Shown here piece by piece: positions 7,800 to 18,056 of a stretch of 64,000 nt of DNA. Source of the DNA: an uncultured Candidatus Saccharibacteria bacterium (GTDB lineage Bacteria; Patescibacteriota; Saccharimonadia; Saccharimonadales; UBA4665); assembly GCA_964639505.1 (NCBI GenBank), contig CAZXDL010000001.1, positions 78,490 to 142,489 of the forward strand. The letters are read 5' to 3'. The translations under genes were made by a program, and so were the position numbers. Under the pieces are notes generated by a model. That model was not told where the DNA came from. It ran no database searches and saw nothing but the letters and a program-made list of their open reading frames with translations. Positions within the stretch are counted from its first letter, which is position 1; every line of letters begins with the position of its first letter.

Positions 7800-8309
7800 A
7801 TGCCCGATTTACCAGATAAGCAAGTTAAACGGCTTCGAGCCCTTATACAAGAGGCCGAGACAAGTTTAGCTGCTGCCACAGAGCTATTAATTAGCTTGGT
7901 TGGCGATGACGACAAAGTACCAGCAATTGCCCGTGAGGATACGCTAGGTAAGGTTATTGAGGGTGTATTTGATGGCCAAAATATGGTTGGCTCCGATGGC
8001 AAGACTTACCCTGTACCTGCCAACTATGCCAGTAAGTCAAAATTAGTGCAGGGAGACATCCTGAAGCTCACGATTGCTGAGGACGGCGCGTTTCTTTACA
8101 AGCAAATTGGTCCAATACCACGCAAACAAGTCGTTGGTACTCTTACTCTAGAAGGCGGCCACTACTTTGTTGAGGTAAATGGCAAAAAACTTCGTGTACT
8201 ACTAGCCAGTGTTACCTATTTCAAAGCTAAACCTGGCGATCAAGTTAGTGTTAACGTTCCCGAAGACGATTCAGCTGCAGAGTGGGCAGCGCTTGAAGCA
8301 GCTCTATAA
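7800..8309 (+). CDS. Hypothetical protein (169 aa)
   Basis: Clean ORF between rplL and dnaX, with an N-terminal helical segment and a beta-rich C-terminal part. No family recognised. Confidence 0.6.
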   Translation: MPDLPDKQVKRLRALIQEAETSLAAATELLISLVGDDDKVPAIAREDTLGKVIEGVFDGQNMVGSDGKTYPVPANYASKSKLVQGDILKLTIAEDGAFLYKQIGPIPRKQVVGTLTLEGGHYFVEVNGKKLRVLLASVTYFKAKPGDQVSVNVPEDDSAAEWAALEAAL

Positions 8310-8366
8310 GTATTTGATTATTTGACAACGGCGAGTCTAGTTTATTCAGCGTATAATGGATAGACT

Positions 8367-9785
8367 ATGGGGCAGGCTTTATACAGAAAATATCGTTCGA
8401 GATCGCTTGATGAAATTGTCGGTCAAGAGCACGTTACAAACACTTTACGCGAAGCAATCAAGCGGGGCAGAATTAGCCATGCCTATCTTTTGACTGGTCC
8501 ACGCGGAGTTGGCAAAACATCTATTGCAAGAATCTTGGCACACGAAATCAATAATTTGCAATATACAGATGACAGTACGCACATCGACATCATCGAAATT
8601 GATGCTGCTAGTAACCGTAGGATTGATGAAATTCGTGAATTACGCGACAAAGTGAATATCGCACCAACTTCGGCTAAATACAAAGTCTATATTATCGATG
8701 AAGTACACATGCTCACAAAAGAGGCGTTTAACGCTCTACTAAAGACACTTGAAGAGCCCCCGGCGCATGTTGTGTTTATCCTCGCTACGACAGATGCACA
8801 TAAGTTGCCTGAAACTATTGTCAGTCGCACACAGCGATTCAACTTTAAGCCAGTCGACAAAACCAAAGTGATCGACCACCTAAAAGTAATTGCTGACTCA
8901 GAGGGCATAAAAGCCAGCGATGAAGCACTTCAATTACTGGCAGAACACGGCGAGGGTAGTTTTAGAGATAGCATAAGTCTTTTAGATCAGGCCAGTAACC
9001 AGACGGGCAAATTAGAACTCAGTGATGTTCAGACCATGTTAGGAATACCGCCTAAGCGGTCAATTGATGAAATAGTTGACTTGCTTTCTCAACAAAACAA
9101 CTCGGCTAGCTTAGTGAAGATGCTGGAATCATTGTTTATGCAGGGTTATCAGGCGGCATCAATTGCTAAACAGCTTTCCGGACAACTTCGTCAAAAAATT
9201 GTAAATAATCAACTTAATATTGGCCAAGCCGAGGCCGTTAAACTTCTTGACAGCTTAATAAAAGTTCCTGCTTCACACGACCCTGAGAGATATCTTGAGA
9301 TTTGCTTGCTCGAGATCGCTACATCTTCTAATAAGCCGTCAAGAGAAGTGCAACGCCAAGATGTTAAGGCGGAGCCTGTCGTCGAGAAAGCTAAAGCTTC
9401 TACCAAAACAACTGTTGAGTCACCAGAGCAGGATTTGGCGGAGTTTAATCCCGATATTTGGCCAGAGATTCTTGCAGTATTAAAACAAAAACACAATACG
9501 CTATATGGCGTTGTCAGAATGGCAGAACCAACTTTTGAAAACGATAAACTAAGGCTAGCTTTTGGCTTTTCATTTCATCAAAAAAGAAGCAGCGAAAGTG
9601 CAAATCGGGAGCGGATTGCAAATATTGTAAATCAGATTACTGGTAAAGATGTAACGATTGAATGTGTTGTCGATGAAACTGCGACACCGCCAAAAGTAAC
9701 AATAAGTGTTGAAAAACCGACACCTGATCACAATTTGTCGACCATAAGCAATATTTTTGGTGAGGCTGAACTGCTAGAATCATAA
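8367..9785 (+). CDS. dnaX: DNA polymerase III subunit gamma/tau
   Basis: YRKYRSRSLDEIVGQEHV, Walker A GPRGVGKTS, IIEIDAASNRRIDEIR, Walker B YIIDEVHMLT and sensor SRTQRF. Confidence 0.93.
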   Translation: MGQALYRKYRSRSLDEIVGQEHVTNTLREAIKRGRISHAYLLTGPRGVGKTSIARILAHEINNLQYTDDSTHIDIIEIDAASNRRIDEIRELRDKVNIAPTSAKYKVYIIDEVHMLTKEAFNALLKTLEEPPAHVVFILATTDAHKLPETIVSRTQRFNFKPVDKTKVIDHLKVIADSEGIKASDEALQLLAEHGEGSFRDSISLLDQASNQTGKLELSDVQTMLGIPPKRSIDEIVDLLSQQNNSASLVKMLESLFMQGYQAASIAKQLSGQLRQKIVNNQLNIGQAEAVKLLDSLIKVPASHDPERYLEICLLEIATSSNKPSREVQRQDVKAEPVVEKAKASTKTTVESPEQDLAEFNPDIWPEILAVLKQKHNTLYGVVRMAEPTFENDKLRLAFGFSFHQKRSSESANRERIANIVNQITGKDVTIECVVDETATPPKVTISVEKPTPDHNLSTISNIFGEAELLES

Positions 9786-9807
9786 GACCAAGGGACAAAG
9801 AGGGAAA

Positions 9808-11172
9808 ATGGAGCCAACAACCGGAGCCAACGGATCACCGCCACAAAACGCCGAAGCAGAAGCTAGTTTGTTGGGTGCCTTACTGATTGACAGTGACGCA
9901 ATAGTCAAGATTGCAGACACCGTCAGGCCACGTGATTTTTTTGATAAGCGAAACGAGAGGATCTATGAAGCCATACTGCAGTTATATGAACAGCATCAAT
10001 CTATCGATGTCTTGACGCTCGCTGATAGACTTAAAAATAATGGCAACCTAGAAAATGTGGGGGGTGCTTCATACCTGACCGAACTAACTAACTTCGTGCC
10101 TACAGCCGCCCATGTTGAGCAATATGCTGATATAGTCGCTCAAAAAGCTCTGAGACGTCGTTTAATTACTGCATCGCGCGAAATTGTTGGTTTAGGCTAT
10201 GATGAATCTAAACAGCTAAGAGAACTCATCGAAGAGGCTGAGACTAGACTATTTGAAGTAAGCCAGCAACATATTAAACAAGATGTGATAAGCCTTGAGG
10301 CAATTTTGGCAGAAAGCTTTGACAGACTTGATGATCTACACAAAGATAAAGACAAGATTCGTGGTGTTCCCACTGGGTACAAAGATCTAGACAGTATGTT
10401 GGCTGGCTTTCAAAAGTCTGATCTTGTTATCCTAGCCGCTCGTCCGTCAATGGGTAAAACAGCTCTAGCACTTAATTTTGCGCATAACATTGCAGTCCAA
10501 TCCAATGAAGCTGTACTCGTTTTCAGCCTGGAAATGAGCAAAGAACAGCTTGTGGACCGGCTTTTATCAATGGAGTCAGGCGTTGATGCGTGGTCTCTGC
10601 GGACTGGTAATCTTACAGATGCAGATTTTGAAAAAATCGGTCAAGCCATGGGCACTCTTAGTGAGGCACAGATTTTTATTGATGACAGCCCTGGCATAAC
10701 AGTCAGTGATTTCCGCACCAAAGCCCGCCGTGAAGCCCACAAACGACCCCTTGGATTAATTATTGTTGACTATCTACAGCTTATGAGTGGTGGCAATAGA
10801 TTTGGCAATGAGGGAAACCGCGTACAAGAAATTTCCGAGATCTCTCGAGGCTTAAAGGGTGTTGCAAGAGAACTAAACGTGCCAATTTTGGCTCTCAGTC
10901 AGCTTAGCCGCTCAGTTGAAAGCCGCAGTCCACAGATTCCACAACTGGCCGACTTGCGTGAATCAGGATCGATCGAACAGGATGCCGATGTGGTGGCCTT
11001 CATATATCGAGAAGAGTGGTACAACCCTGAAACGGATCGTAAAAAGATAACAGACATCTTAGTTAAAAAACACCGCAACGGTCCGACGGGTGGTGTAGAG
11101 CTTTACTTTGATAGTGACAAACAGCGTTTTCGCTCTGTTGATACAAAGCATCAGGATCCGTTCAACAACTAG
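9808..11172 (+). CDS. dnaB: Replicative DNA helicase DnaB
   Basis: PPQNAEAEASLLGALL, Walker A ARPSMGKTA, IIVDYLQLM, LSQLSR and RESGSIEQDADVV. Confidence 0.95.
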   Translation: MEPTTGANGSPPQNAEAEASLLGALLIDSDAIVKIADTVRPRDFFDKRNERIYEAILQLYEQHQSIDVLTLADRLKNNGNLENVGGASYLTELTNFVPTAAHVEQYADIVAQKALRRRLITASREIVGLGYDESKQLRELIEEAETRLFEVSQQHIKQDVISLEAILAESFDRLDDLHKDKDKIRGVPTGYKDLDSMLAGFQKSDLVILAARPSMGKTALALNFAHNIAVQSNEAVLVFSLEMSKEQLVDRLLSMESGVDAWSLRTGNLTDADFEKIGQAMGTLSEAQIFIDDSPGITVSDFRTKARREAHKRPLGLIIVDYLQLMSGGNRFGNEGNRVQEISEISRGLKGVARELNVPILALSQLSRSVESRSPQIPQLADLRESGSIEQDADVVAFIYREEWYNPETDRKKITDILVKKHRNGPTGGVELYFDSDKQRFRSVDTKHQDPFNN

Positions 11173-11209
11173 GGAAGTTACCTAAAGTTATATATAATTA
11201 GCTTTAGGC

Positions 11210-12397
11210 ATGAAAAATACCAAGGGTTTCTGGCGTGATAATGCCAAGTTTTTAGTCATCGGAGCAGTTATTGGGCTTTCATTAGCGTTTCTGCTGCTTT
11301 ATAAATTAGGCAGCTTGGTTGGTGGCTTAAGCTCACAAGAAACAGTATCTGCCAGTGCTGCGGTTGGATGGCATGGCATATTTAGCAACCCACTGGACCT
11401 ACCGCTTAAACTTGTGCGTTCAGTAGTATTTTTTGCGGTTGCAGATCACGGTCAAACTCTGACGCGGCTGCCAAACGCATTTTTTGGATGTCTAGCCATC
11501 CTTAGCTTTGGACTCCTTATATGGTTGTGGCATGGTATGCGCACTGCGCTGCTTTCAACTGCAATGTTTGCTACCAGCGCGTGGGTATTACATGCCAGCC
11601 GCTATGCGAGTTCAGATGTTTTATATTTGTGGGCCGTTCCTTCGCTCTTGCTAATTCAAGTGCTGCTTCATCGCTACGGCAAAAAAACATACGTCTGGTA
11701 TGGCTGCTTATTGCTCTGGGGACTTTTACTTTATATACCAGGTATGATTTGGATAATGATTGCTCAATTGATATTTCAGCGCAGCCTACTAGCAAAAACT
11801 ATGAGCAACTATAGCTCTGCCAAGCAACGTTTGTTTTCTATCTTAGCAGTTGCGGTGTGGCTGCCTTTATTATTATTTGATCTGACCCGACACAATCAAC
11901 TCTTTATTTGGCTAGGACTACCAACTCATATGTCTGGCTTTATGCATATGGCAAAACAGTTTGTAGCAGTCCCTGTCCACCTATTTGTTAGGGGACCGCA
12001 ATACCCAGATTTGTGGCTAGATAAGCTACCTATTCTAGATATTTTTACATTTGTAGCCTGTCTCGTCGGCATATATTTCTACATAAAAAATCGACATGCT
12101 ACGCGCAGCCAAACTTTACTGGCCATGTTTGTCACAGGTTGTCTATTAGTGGGATTAGGTGGAGCAGTAAGTATAAGTGCGCTTGTTGCCTTAGCATATA
12201 TATTTATTGCTGCAGGCATTGCTTATCTGTTAACTGACTGGTTGAAGGTATTTCCGCTCAACCCGCTGGCACGAGGTCTCGGAATTGCGCTTATCAGCAT
12301 AGCTGTACTGTTGAGCTGCGCTTATAATCTACGATCATACTTTATAGCTTGGCCACACAATGACGCGACTCGAGTAACTTTTCGCTATCACAGATAA
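11210..12397 (+). CDS. Polytopic membrane protein, possibly GT-C/ArnT-like
   Basis: About 10 hydrophobic segments. The resemblance to polyprenyl-phosphate-dependent glycosyltransferases is at the level of topology only. Confidence 0.5.
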   Translation: MKNTKGFWRDNAKFLVIGAVIGLSLAFLLLYKLGSLVGGLSSQETVSASAAVGWHGIFSNPLDLPLKLVRSVVFFAVADHGQTLTRLPNAFFGCLAILSFGLLIWLWHGMRTALLSTAMFATSAWVLHASRYASSDVLYLWAVPSLLLIQVLLHRYGKKTYVWYGCLLLWGLLLYIPGMIWIMIAQLIFQRSLLAKTMSNYSSAKQRLFSILAVAVWLPLLLFDLTRHNQLFIWLGLPTHMSGFMHMAKQFVAVPVHLFVRGPQYPDLWLDKLPILDIFTFVACLVGIYFYIKNRHATRSQTLLAMFVTGCLLVGLGGAVSISALVALAYIFIAAGIAYLLTDWLKVFPLNPLARGLGIALISIAVLLSCAYNLRSYFIAWPHNDATRVTFRYHR

Positions 12398-12431
12398 CGC
12401 CTGATATAATAAAGCCAAATAGGGAGTACTT

Positions 12432-12725
12432 ATGAGCAGATTTGATCAAGCAAAAATGTTGTTAAAGGTAAAAAAGATTCAAGGCGAGCTTCAAAAAATG
12501 GTGATTGAAGTTGAAAAAGGTGATGGTGCAGTCAAAGTAGAAATTACTGGTGAGCAAAAAATCAAAAAGATTAAAATTGATCCAGAATATATTGATCTTG
12601 ACGATATTGGCGAGTTGGAACGATGGATTGAAGATGCTGTCAAAGAAGCTATTGCCGAGAGCCAAAAAGTCGCTGCCGAAAAAATGCAGCCTATGATGGG
12701 CGCGCTTGGTAATCTCGGGTTGTAA
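12432..12725 (+). CDS. ybaB: YbaB/EbfC family nucleoid-associated protein
   Basis: 97 aa, with KKIQGELQKM...V.VEITG...I.KIKIDPE. It sits in the conserved dnaX-ybaB-recR neighbourhood. Confidence 0.9.
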   Translation: MSRFDQAKMLLKVKKIQGELQKMVIEVEKGDGAVKVEITGEQKIKKIKIDPEYIDLDDIGELERWIEDAVKEAIAESQKVAAEKMQPMMGALGNLGL

Positions 12726-12734
12726 ATTTTAAAG

Positions 12735-13340
12735 ATGCAGATTCTGCCGCCAGCTTTATCAGACTTGATTGAGGCATTTGGTCTACTACCTGGAGTGGGA
12801 CCGCGTACGGCTGAAAGATATGCATATTTCCTTGCACGCCAGCAAGGTGATAGTTCTCAAAAGCTTTCCGCAGCGCTTAATGCTATCAACGGTGGTATTG
12901 GTTATTGCGCAAAAACTTTCGCTTTAGTCCCATCAGGGCAAAAACTGTCTGATTTGTATACTGATCCGCGCCGCGATAAACAAGTCGTCGCAGTTGTTGC
13001 AGAGCCATTCGACCTGGTAGCCCTAGAAAAAACCGGGCATTTTAAAGGCACTTATCATGTGTTGGGAGGTCTCGTTTCGCCAATCGACAATATTGGTCCA
13101 GAACAGCTGCACATCAAGCAATTGATCAAACGTGTTGAGGAGGACAAGGTTAAAGAAATCATTCTTGCCACTAATGCCAGTGTAGAAGGTGAGTCTACGG
13201 CGCTATACATAAAACAGCAGCTGGGCGACAGAAAAGTAAAGCTAACTCGTTTGGCGCGTGGCTTACCTGTTGGTGTAGACCTTGAGTATGCTGACCAAAT
13301 TACGCTTGGACGCGCCTTAGAAAGCCGCCAAGCGATCTAA
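12735..13340 (+). CDS. recR: Recombination protein RecR (Cys4 zinc finger degenerate)
   Basis: LPGVGPRTAERYAYFL (HhH), DPRRD, a Toprim region ILATNASVEGESTALYI and GLPVGVDLEY. Confidence 0.92.
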   Translation: MQILPPALSDLIEAFGLLPGVGPRTAERYAYFLARQQGDSSQKLSAALNAINGGIGYCAKTFALVPSGQKLSDLYTDPRRDKQVVAVVAEPFDLVALEKTGHFKGTYHVLGGLVSPIDNIGPEQLHIKQLIKRVEEDKVKEIILATNASVEGESTALYIKQQLGDRKVKLTRLARGLPVGVDLEYADQITLGRALESRQAI

Positions 13341-13378
13341 TTTGGGTATCGTGCTCAAAACACCTACAATTAAAGGAT

Positions 13379-14428
13379 ATGTACAAACAAGCCAAAGAAA
13401 TTGCCGATATTTTAAATAGCGCGCAAGACATAGTTATTGTCCAGGCAGATAATCCAGATGCTGATAGCTTGGGTAGTGCTCTGGCACTCGAATCGTTGTT
13501 TAATGAACATGGCAAACAGGCTCATTTATATTGTGCTGTAGATATGCCCGGATACTTAAGGTATATGTCTGGCTGGGATAGGATCAGGAATGAACTTCCC
13601 AAGCAATTTGATGCCAGCATAGTTGTTGATGCATCAACCATGAGCTTACTCGAAAAACTTGCTCAAAGCGGTCAGCAAGGCTGGCTAGCCAACAAACCCT
13701 GTATCGTGCTCGATCATCACAAGACGGTAGAAAATCCAATTAATTTCAGCACAGTTATGATAAACGACCACACACGGGCATCGGCTGGTGAGTTGATTTA
13801 CATACTGGGCCAACAACTTGGCTGGAATTTCCCCCTCGATGCTCAGGAGTTTATTATGAGTTCAATTCTTGGTGATACTCAGGGCCTAACTAATGACTTG
13901 GCATCGGCCGAGACCTACCGAATTCTAGCAGACATCATAGACGCGGGCGTCAGTCGTCCTGAACTTGAAGAACTGCGCCGCACATTTGGCAAAATGCCGC
14001 TTGAAATATTCAAATATAAGGCTGAATTAATCAAAAGAACAGAATTTGCGCGCAGAAACACCATAGCGACTGTTACTATTCCACAAGCTGAGATCAACGA
14101 ATTCAGTCCGTTATATAACCCTGCGCCGCTAGTCCAGAATGATATGCTTCAGACAACTGGCGTGTCTTTAGCTGTAGTTTTTAAATGCTACGCTGATGGT
14201 AAAGTCACTGGTGCAATCCGCAGCAATCAAGGCGCACCCATTGCTGGTGAGCTAGCTGAACATCTGGGGGGAGGTGGCCATGCCTACGCCAGCGGTTTTA
14301 AAATCGTAAGTGGGCGTGCATTTGATGATATTAAGGCTGATTGTCTTAGTTTTGCAGGTGAATTACTTGATAAAATAGAAGCCAAGGACTTAGATGAAGC
14401 TGTACAACACCCTAACGAGACAAATTGA
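13379..14428 (+). CDS. nrnA: DHH/DHHA1 phosphoesterase (NrnA-like oligoribonuclease/pAp phosphatase)
   Basis: DNPDADSLGSALAL, LDHH and GGGGHAYASG motifs. Confidence 0.8.
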   Translation: MYKQAKEIADILNSAQDIVIVQADNPDADSLGSALALESLFNEHGKQAHLYCAVDMPGYLRYMSGWDRIRNELPKQFDASIVVDASTMSLLEKLAQSGQQGWLANKPCIVLDHHKTVENPINFSTVMINDHTRASAGELIYILGQQLGWNFPLDAQEFIMSSILGDTQGLTNDLASAETYRILADIIDAGVSRPELEELRRTFGKMPLEIFKYKAELIKRTEFARRNTIATVTIPQAEINEFSPLYNPAPLVQNDMLQTTGVSLAVVFKCYADGKVTGAIRSNQGAPIAGELAEHLGGGGHAYASGFKIVSGRAFDDIKADCLSFAGELLDKIEAKDLDEAVQHPNETN

Positions 14429-15794
14429 TGAGATTAAGCCCCTAAACCCGCCTGAGGTTGGGATATATACTTGCGGACCAACCGTGTACGATTACGCGCA
14501 CATTGGGCATTGGTTTACTTATGTTAGGGCTGATACTTTAATTCGGGCGTTAAAAGCAAATAATTTCAAGCCGAAGTGGGTTGTAAATATTACAGATGTT
14601 GGTCATCTTGTGAGCGATGCAGACGACGGCGAAGATAAACTACAAAAGAGGGCAAAGCGCGAAGGAAAAACTGCTTGGGAAATTGCTCAATTTTACACCG
14701 AAGATTTCATAGAAGGCATGAAGCTGCTTAACATTTCCGTTCCAAACGAAATGCCAAAAGCTACGGCGCACATTCCTGAACAAATTGAGTTAATTCACAG
14801 ACTAGAAGAGAAGGGATTTACATACAAAATTAGCGATGGTATCTACTATGATACTAGTAAATTTCAGAAATATGCTGACTTTGCACGCCTTGATTTAGAC
14901 GAGCTGCAAGCCGGTGCAAGGGTGGCATATAACCCAGAAAAACGAAACCCGTCTGATTTTGCCTTATGGAAGTTTTCTCCTAAAAATTCTGCGCGCGATA
15001 TGGAGTGGGACAGTCCTTGGGGAAAGGGTTTTCCGGGCTGGCACATTGAGTGCTCAGCTATGAGCATGAAGTATTTGGGAGCAACGCTAGATATACACAC
15101 CGGCGGCATCGACCATGTACCTGTACATCATGCCAACGAAATCGCTCAAAGCGAGGCAGCAACTGGCAAACCATATGCAAACTATTGGCTCCATACCAAT
15201 CATGTATTAATTGATGGACAAAAAATATCAAAAAGTCTAGGTAATGGCATCAGGCTACAGGAGGTAATTAACGATCAGGTTAGCGCGGACGCTTTTAGAC
15301 TGCACGTGCTCGAATCACACTACCGAAGTCAATCGAAGTTTAGTCTAGAGAGTCTGCAGGCCGCTCAAAACCGGCTAAATGACCTGTATGCGCTTGCCGC
15401 ACTAAGGTGGCAACCGGTAGCTGACGCAGTTGAGCTTAATACCAGCCTCAGTGACATCTCCGAAAAAATAACTTCTTTGCTATTTGACGACCTTAATACT
15501 CCCGAAATACTGGTTTGTCTTAGCCAGGTAAGTGCCGAGCTACAACAATCGTTAATATCAAAAGTTCACGTAACTGATTTCGAGGACTTATTATCTGAGA
15601 TCGATAAACTACTTGGCTTAAACCTTTCTGCTATAAAAGATATTAACGACGACCAAAAACATAAAATTAAGGACCGCGAAGCAGCCCGCAAAAAGGGTGA
15701 TTGGGCTATGTCTGATCAAATACGTGACGATCTAATGAAGAGCCATGTCGGGCTAAGAGATACACCGTCTGGTACTATTTGGTACCCTTTGTAG
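14394..15794 (+). CDS. cysS: Cysteine--tRNA ligase
   Basis: MKLYNTLTR start, TCGPTVYDYAHIGH (HIGH motif), WHIECSAM and KISKSLGN (KMSKS motif). It overlaps the nrnA-like gene by 35 nt. Confidence 0.95.
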   Translation: MKLYNTLTRQIDEIKPLNPPEVGIYTCGPTVYDYAHIGHWFTYVRADTLIRALKANNFKPKWVVNITDVGHLVSDADDGEDKLQKRAKREGKTAWEIAQFYTEDFIEGMKLLNISVPNEMPKATAHIPEQIELIHRLEEKGFTYKISDGIYYDTSKFQKYADFARLDLDELQAGARVAYNPEKRNPSDFALWKFSPKNSARDMEWDSPWGKGFPGWHIECSAMSMKYLGATLDIHTGGIDHVPVHHANEIAQSEAATGKPYANYWLHTNHVLIDGQKISKSLGNGIRLQEVINDQVSADAFRLHVLESHYRSQSKFSLESLQAAQNRLNDLYALAALRWQPVADAVELNTSLSDISEKITSLLFDDLNTPEILVCLSQVSAELQQSLISKVHVTDFEDLLSEIDKLLGLNLSAIKDINDDQKHKIKDREAARKKGDWAMSDQIRDDLMKSHVGLRDTPSGTIWYPL

Positions 15795-16896
15795 TTGCCG
15801 TTTTAAATTCTGCTTCTGAAATAATTTTTTTGGCACGCAAGTACTCCAGCAAAATTATGCGCAAACACCCAGCAATAGGTATTGCGACAAGCCCGCCTAT
15901 AAGCCCGCTAAAACTAACTCCTATCAGCACCGACATAAAGACCAACAGAGGCGACATATTGGTTGAATTAGCCTGAACTTTGGGTTGGATGAAGATGTTT
16001 TCGAGCTGCTGATAAAGAATATAGTAGGCCAGTATTATTATTGCAGCCGGCAAGGAGTGAAACAAAGCCACAGTTGTAACAATGATGGCACCCAGGGTGT
16101 GTCCAACCATCGGTATAAGACCACAAATGAATACTATGACCATCAGAGCTATAGGATAGCTGATACCGAGGATGATTATGACTGGAGTTATTAAAACGGC
16201 TGCAAGCGCTGCAAGCAAAACCTGTCCGTTGACATAGCCTTTTACCACTCGATTCATGTCATTTGCAAGACCCTTGGCCTTTGGCCGATTTTTTTCTGGT
16301 ATAAACTGCTCAAAGAACTTCAGCCAGCGTGGCCCCTCTATAAGCATCATAAAGGTTAAAACTAGTATAGTTACGAGCGAAAAGAAGCTGCTACCGACTT
16401 TTTGGACGGTAGAAAATGCTGAGCCCCCAGCGTGATTTAGGCGCTCAGAAAGTTGCTTAGATATATTATTAACTTGTTTCTCAAGGTGATACCGCCTAAT
16501 AAATTGTCCTGGCTCACTGTCTTGATCTCGAAAGTCCTGAACTAATCCAGGTGCAATCTTGATAAAGCTTTGAGTTTGTTTAACTAGAGGCGGAGCAATA
16601 CTGGCGATAAATCCAACTAGAAGCAACACAACTATAACGAACGAAATTGATGTGGCAAGTGTGCGACTGCCGCGCTGTTTGCCTGGTAGACGTTTGCTAA
16701 GCCAATGTACCGGCGCATTTAAGGCTAAAGCTAGGAAGAAGGCAATAAATATCAGCAAAAGCGCATGCGAAGCCTTCTGAATTGCCAGTAAGAGCAAGAT
16801 TGTCGTAACTGTCAGGCCCGCCAGTCGGATAAAAGTACCGGTTGATACTGTAACGGCGAATTCTGGTCGATTATCATCTTTATTTAGGCCAATCAT
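15775..16896 (-). CDS. AI-2E family (PerM/UPF0118) transporter
   Basis: 373 aa, about 8 TM helices and family-typical architecture. It overlaps the convergent cysS by 20 nt. Confidence 0.75.
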   Translation of the reverse strand: MIGLNKDDNRPEFAVTVSTGTFIRLAGLTVTTILLLLAIQKASHALLLIFIAFFLALALNAPVHWLSKRLPGKQRGSRTLATSISFVIVVLLLVGFIASIAPPLVKQTQSFIKIAPGLVQDFRDQDSEPGQFIRRYHLEKQVNNISKQLSERLNHAGGSAFSTVQKVGSSFFSLVTILVLTFMMLIEGPRWLKFFEQFIPEKNRPKAKGLANDMNRVVKGYVNGQVLLAALAAVLITPVIIILGISYPIALMVIVFICGLIPMVGHTLGAIIVTTVALFHSLPAAIIILAYYILYQQLENIFIQPKVQANSTNMSPLLVFMSVLIGVSFSGLIGGLVAIPIAGCLRIILLEYLRAKKIISEAEFKTATTKGTK

Positions 16897-16907
16897 ATTG
16901 CTATTAT

Positions 16908-18056
16908 CTATAAACCGCGTCGTTTGCGCAATGCTTGCTGATAAACTGCTAGAAGCTTTTCACCAACCACACTAATATCAAACTGCTGTGCGTAATCGGA
17001 TCCCCAGCTTGCCATCGTTTTTCTCAAAGACGCATCAGATAAATATGTTCTTAACTTTTTGGCTAGTTCACTTGGATTATAAGGATCAAAGAGCAATTCT
17101 GGCTGAGGATTCATAACAGAACGGTAGCCTGGATTATCGCCGGCCAATACTACACCTCTCGAGCTTGCTAATGCCTCTAATAGTACAATCCCAAAGCTTT
17201 CGCCGCCGCTACTCGGAAAGACAGCGACATCAGCGCTAGCATAGTAACTTGGCTTGCGTTGTTCATCTACAAATCCTACAAATTCAACATAACCTTTTAA
17301 TTTATTTTGATCTACAAACTGCTCTAAACTTGCCCGCAGATGACCATCTCCGCAGATAATTACCCGAAAATCCGGCAGACCCCCAGAGTTGTCGACAAGC
17401 TGTTTTACCGCCTCCAACAGCAGTAAGCAACCCTTACGCCTAACAAGCCTGCCTAAAAACAAAACATTGAGCTTTATGCCTTGATAATTAGTGATAGGTT
17501 TGGCTTGCTTAAACCTGCTATAGTCCACAACATTAGGCAATACATCCGAGTCGATTTTGAAGCTTTCCTTAGCAAAATCGCGAGCGGCGCCAGATACGGC
17601 TAACATTTTATCGAAACGCTTCAAAGATGGCCTTAACCAAATGCCTAGTGCATGGTTGGCTAAACGCGGAACCTGCCCATACGGCAAAATGTGAAATGTA
17701 CCCACAACTGCGGTCTTATCGTCTGCTGCTAAAATGAGTCGTTGGGCCATAAACGGACTATGTGGCACTTGCACGTGGAGTACGTCGAACTCTTCTAATT
17801 CTAAGAATTTTCGCAATTTACTACGACTTGTAGGCAACGGTATGGTAGTTCGGTTACCATTAAATTTCACTGATATGTTCTTGGCTAGGCTATGCAGATT
17901 GGGCAACTGACGTTTGTCCGTCTGACCTACTAGGTAATGAACCTGATGGCCTCGACTTGAAAGCCAACCTCCAATTGCCAGTACATATTGCTGCACGCCG
18001 TCAGATGGGTCAAGAGAGGTATCTAAAACAAGACCAATTTTAAGCTTACTTAGCAT
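16908..18056 (-). CDS. Glycosyltransferase family 4 (GT-B)
   Basis: MLSKLKIGLVLDTS N-terminus and the E-x7-E region GGESFGIVLLEALAS. ATG 18056 is preferred over TTG 18098. Confidence 0.85.
   Translation of the reverse strand: MLSKLKIGLVLDTSLDPSDGVQQYVLAIGGWLSSRGHQVHYLVGQTDKRQLPNLHSLAKNISVKFNGNRTTIPLPTSRSKLRKFLELEEFDVLHVQVPHSPFMAQRLILAADDKTAVVGTFHILPYGQVPRLANHALGIWLRPSLKRFDKMLAVSGAARDFAKESFKIDSDVLPNVVDYSRFKQAKPITNYQGIKLNVLFLGRLVRRKGCLLLLEAVKQLVDNSGGLPDFRVIICGDGHLRASLEQFVDQNKLKGYVEFVGFVDEQRKPSYYASADVAVFPSSGGESFGIVLLEALASSRGVVLAGDNPGYRSVMNPQPELLFDPYNPSELAKKLRTYLSDASLRKTMASWGSDYAQQFDISVVGEKLLAVYQQALRKRRGL

Noticed and set aside
9580-9586. An A6G run (AAAAAAG) in dnaX that looks like the E. coli gamma/tau -1 frameshift heptamer
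   Set aside because: The zero frame here reads CAA AAA AGA, so the heptamer is not in the X XXY YYZ register. It also lies near the C-terminus (about aa 405 of 472), where a shift would not produce a gamma-like product.
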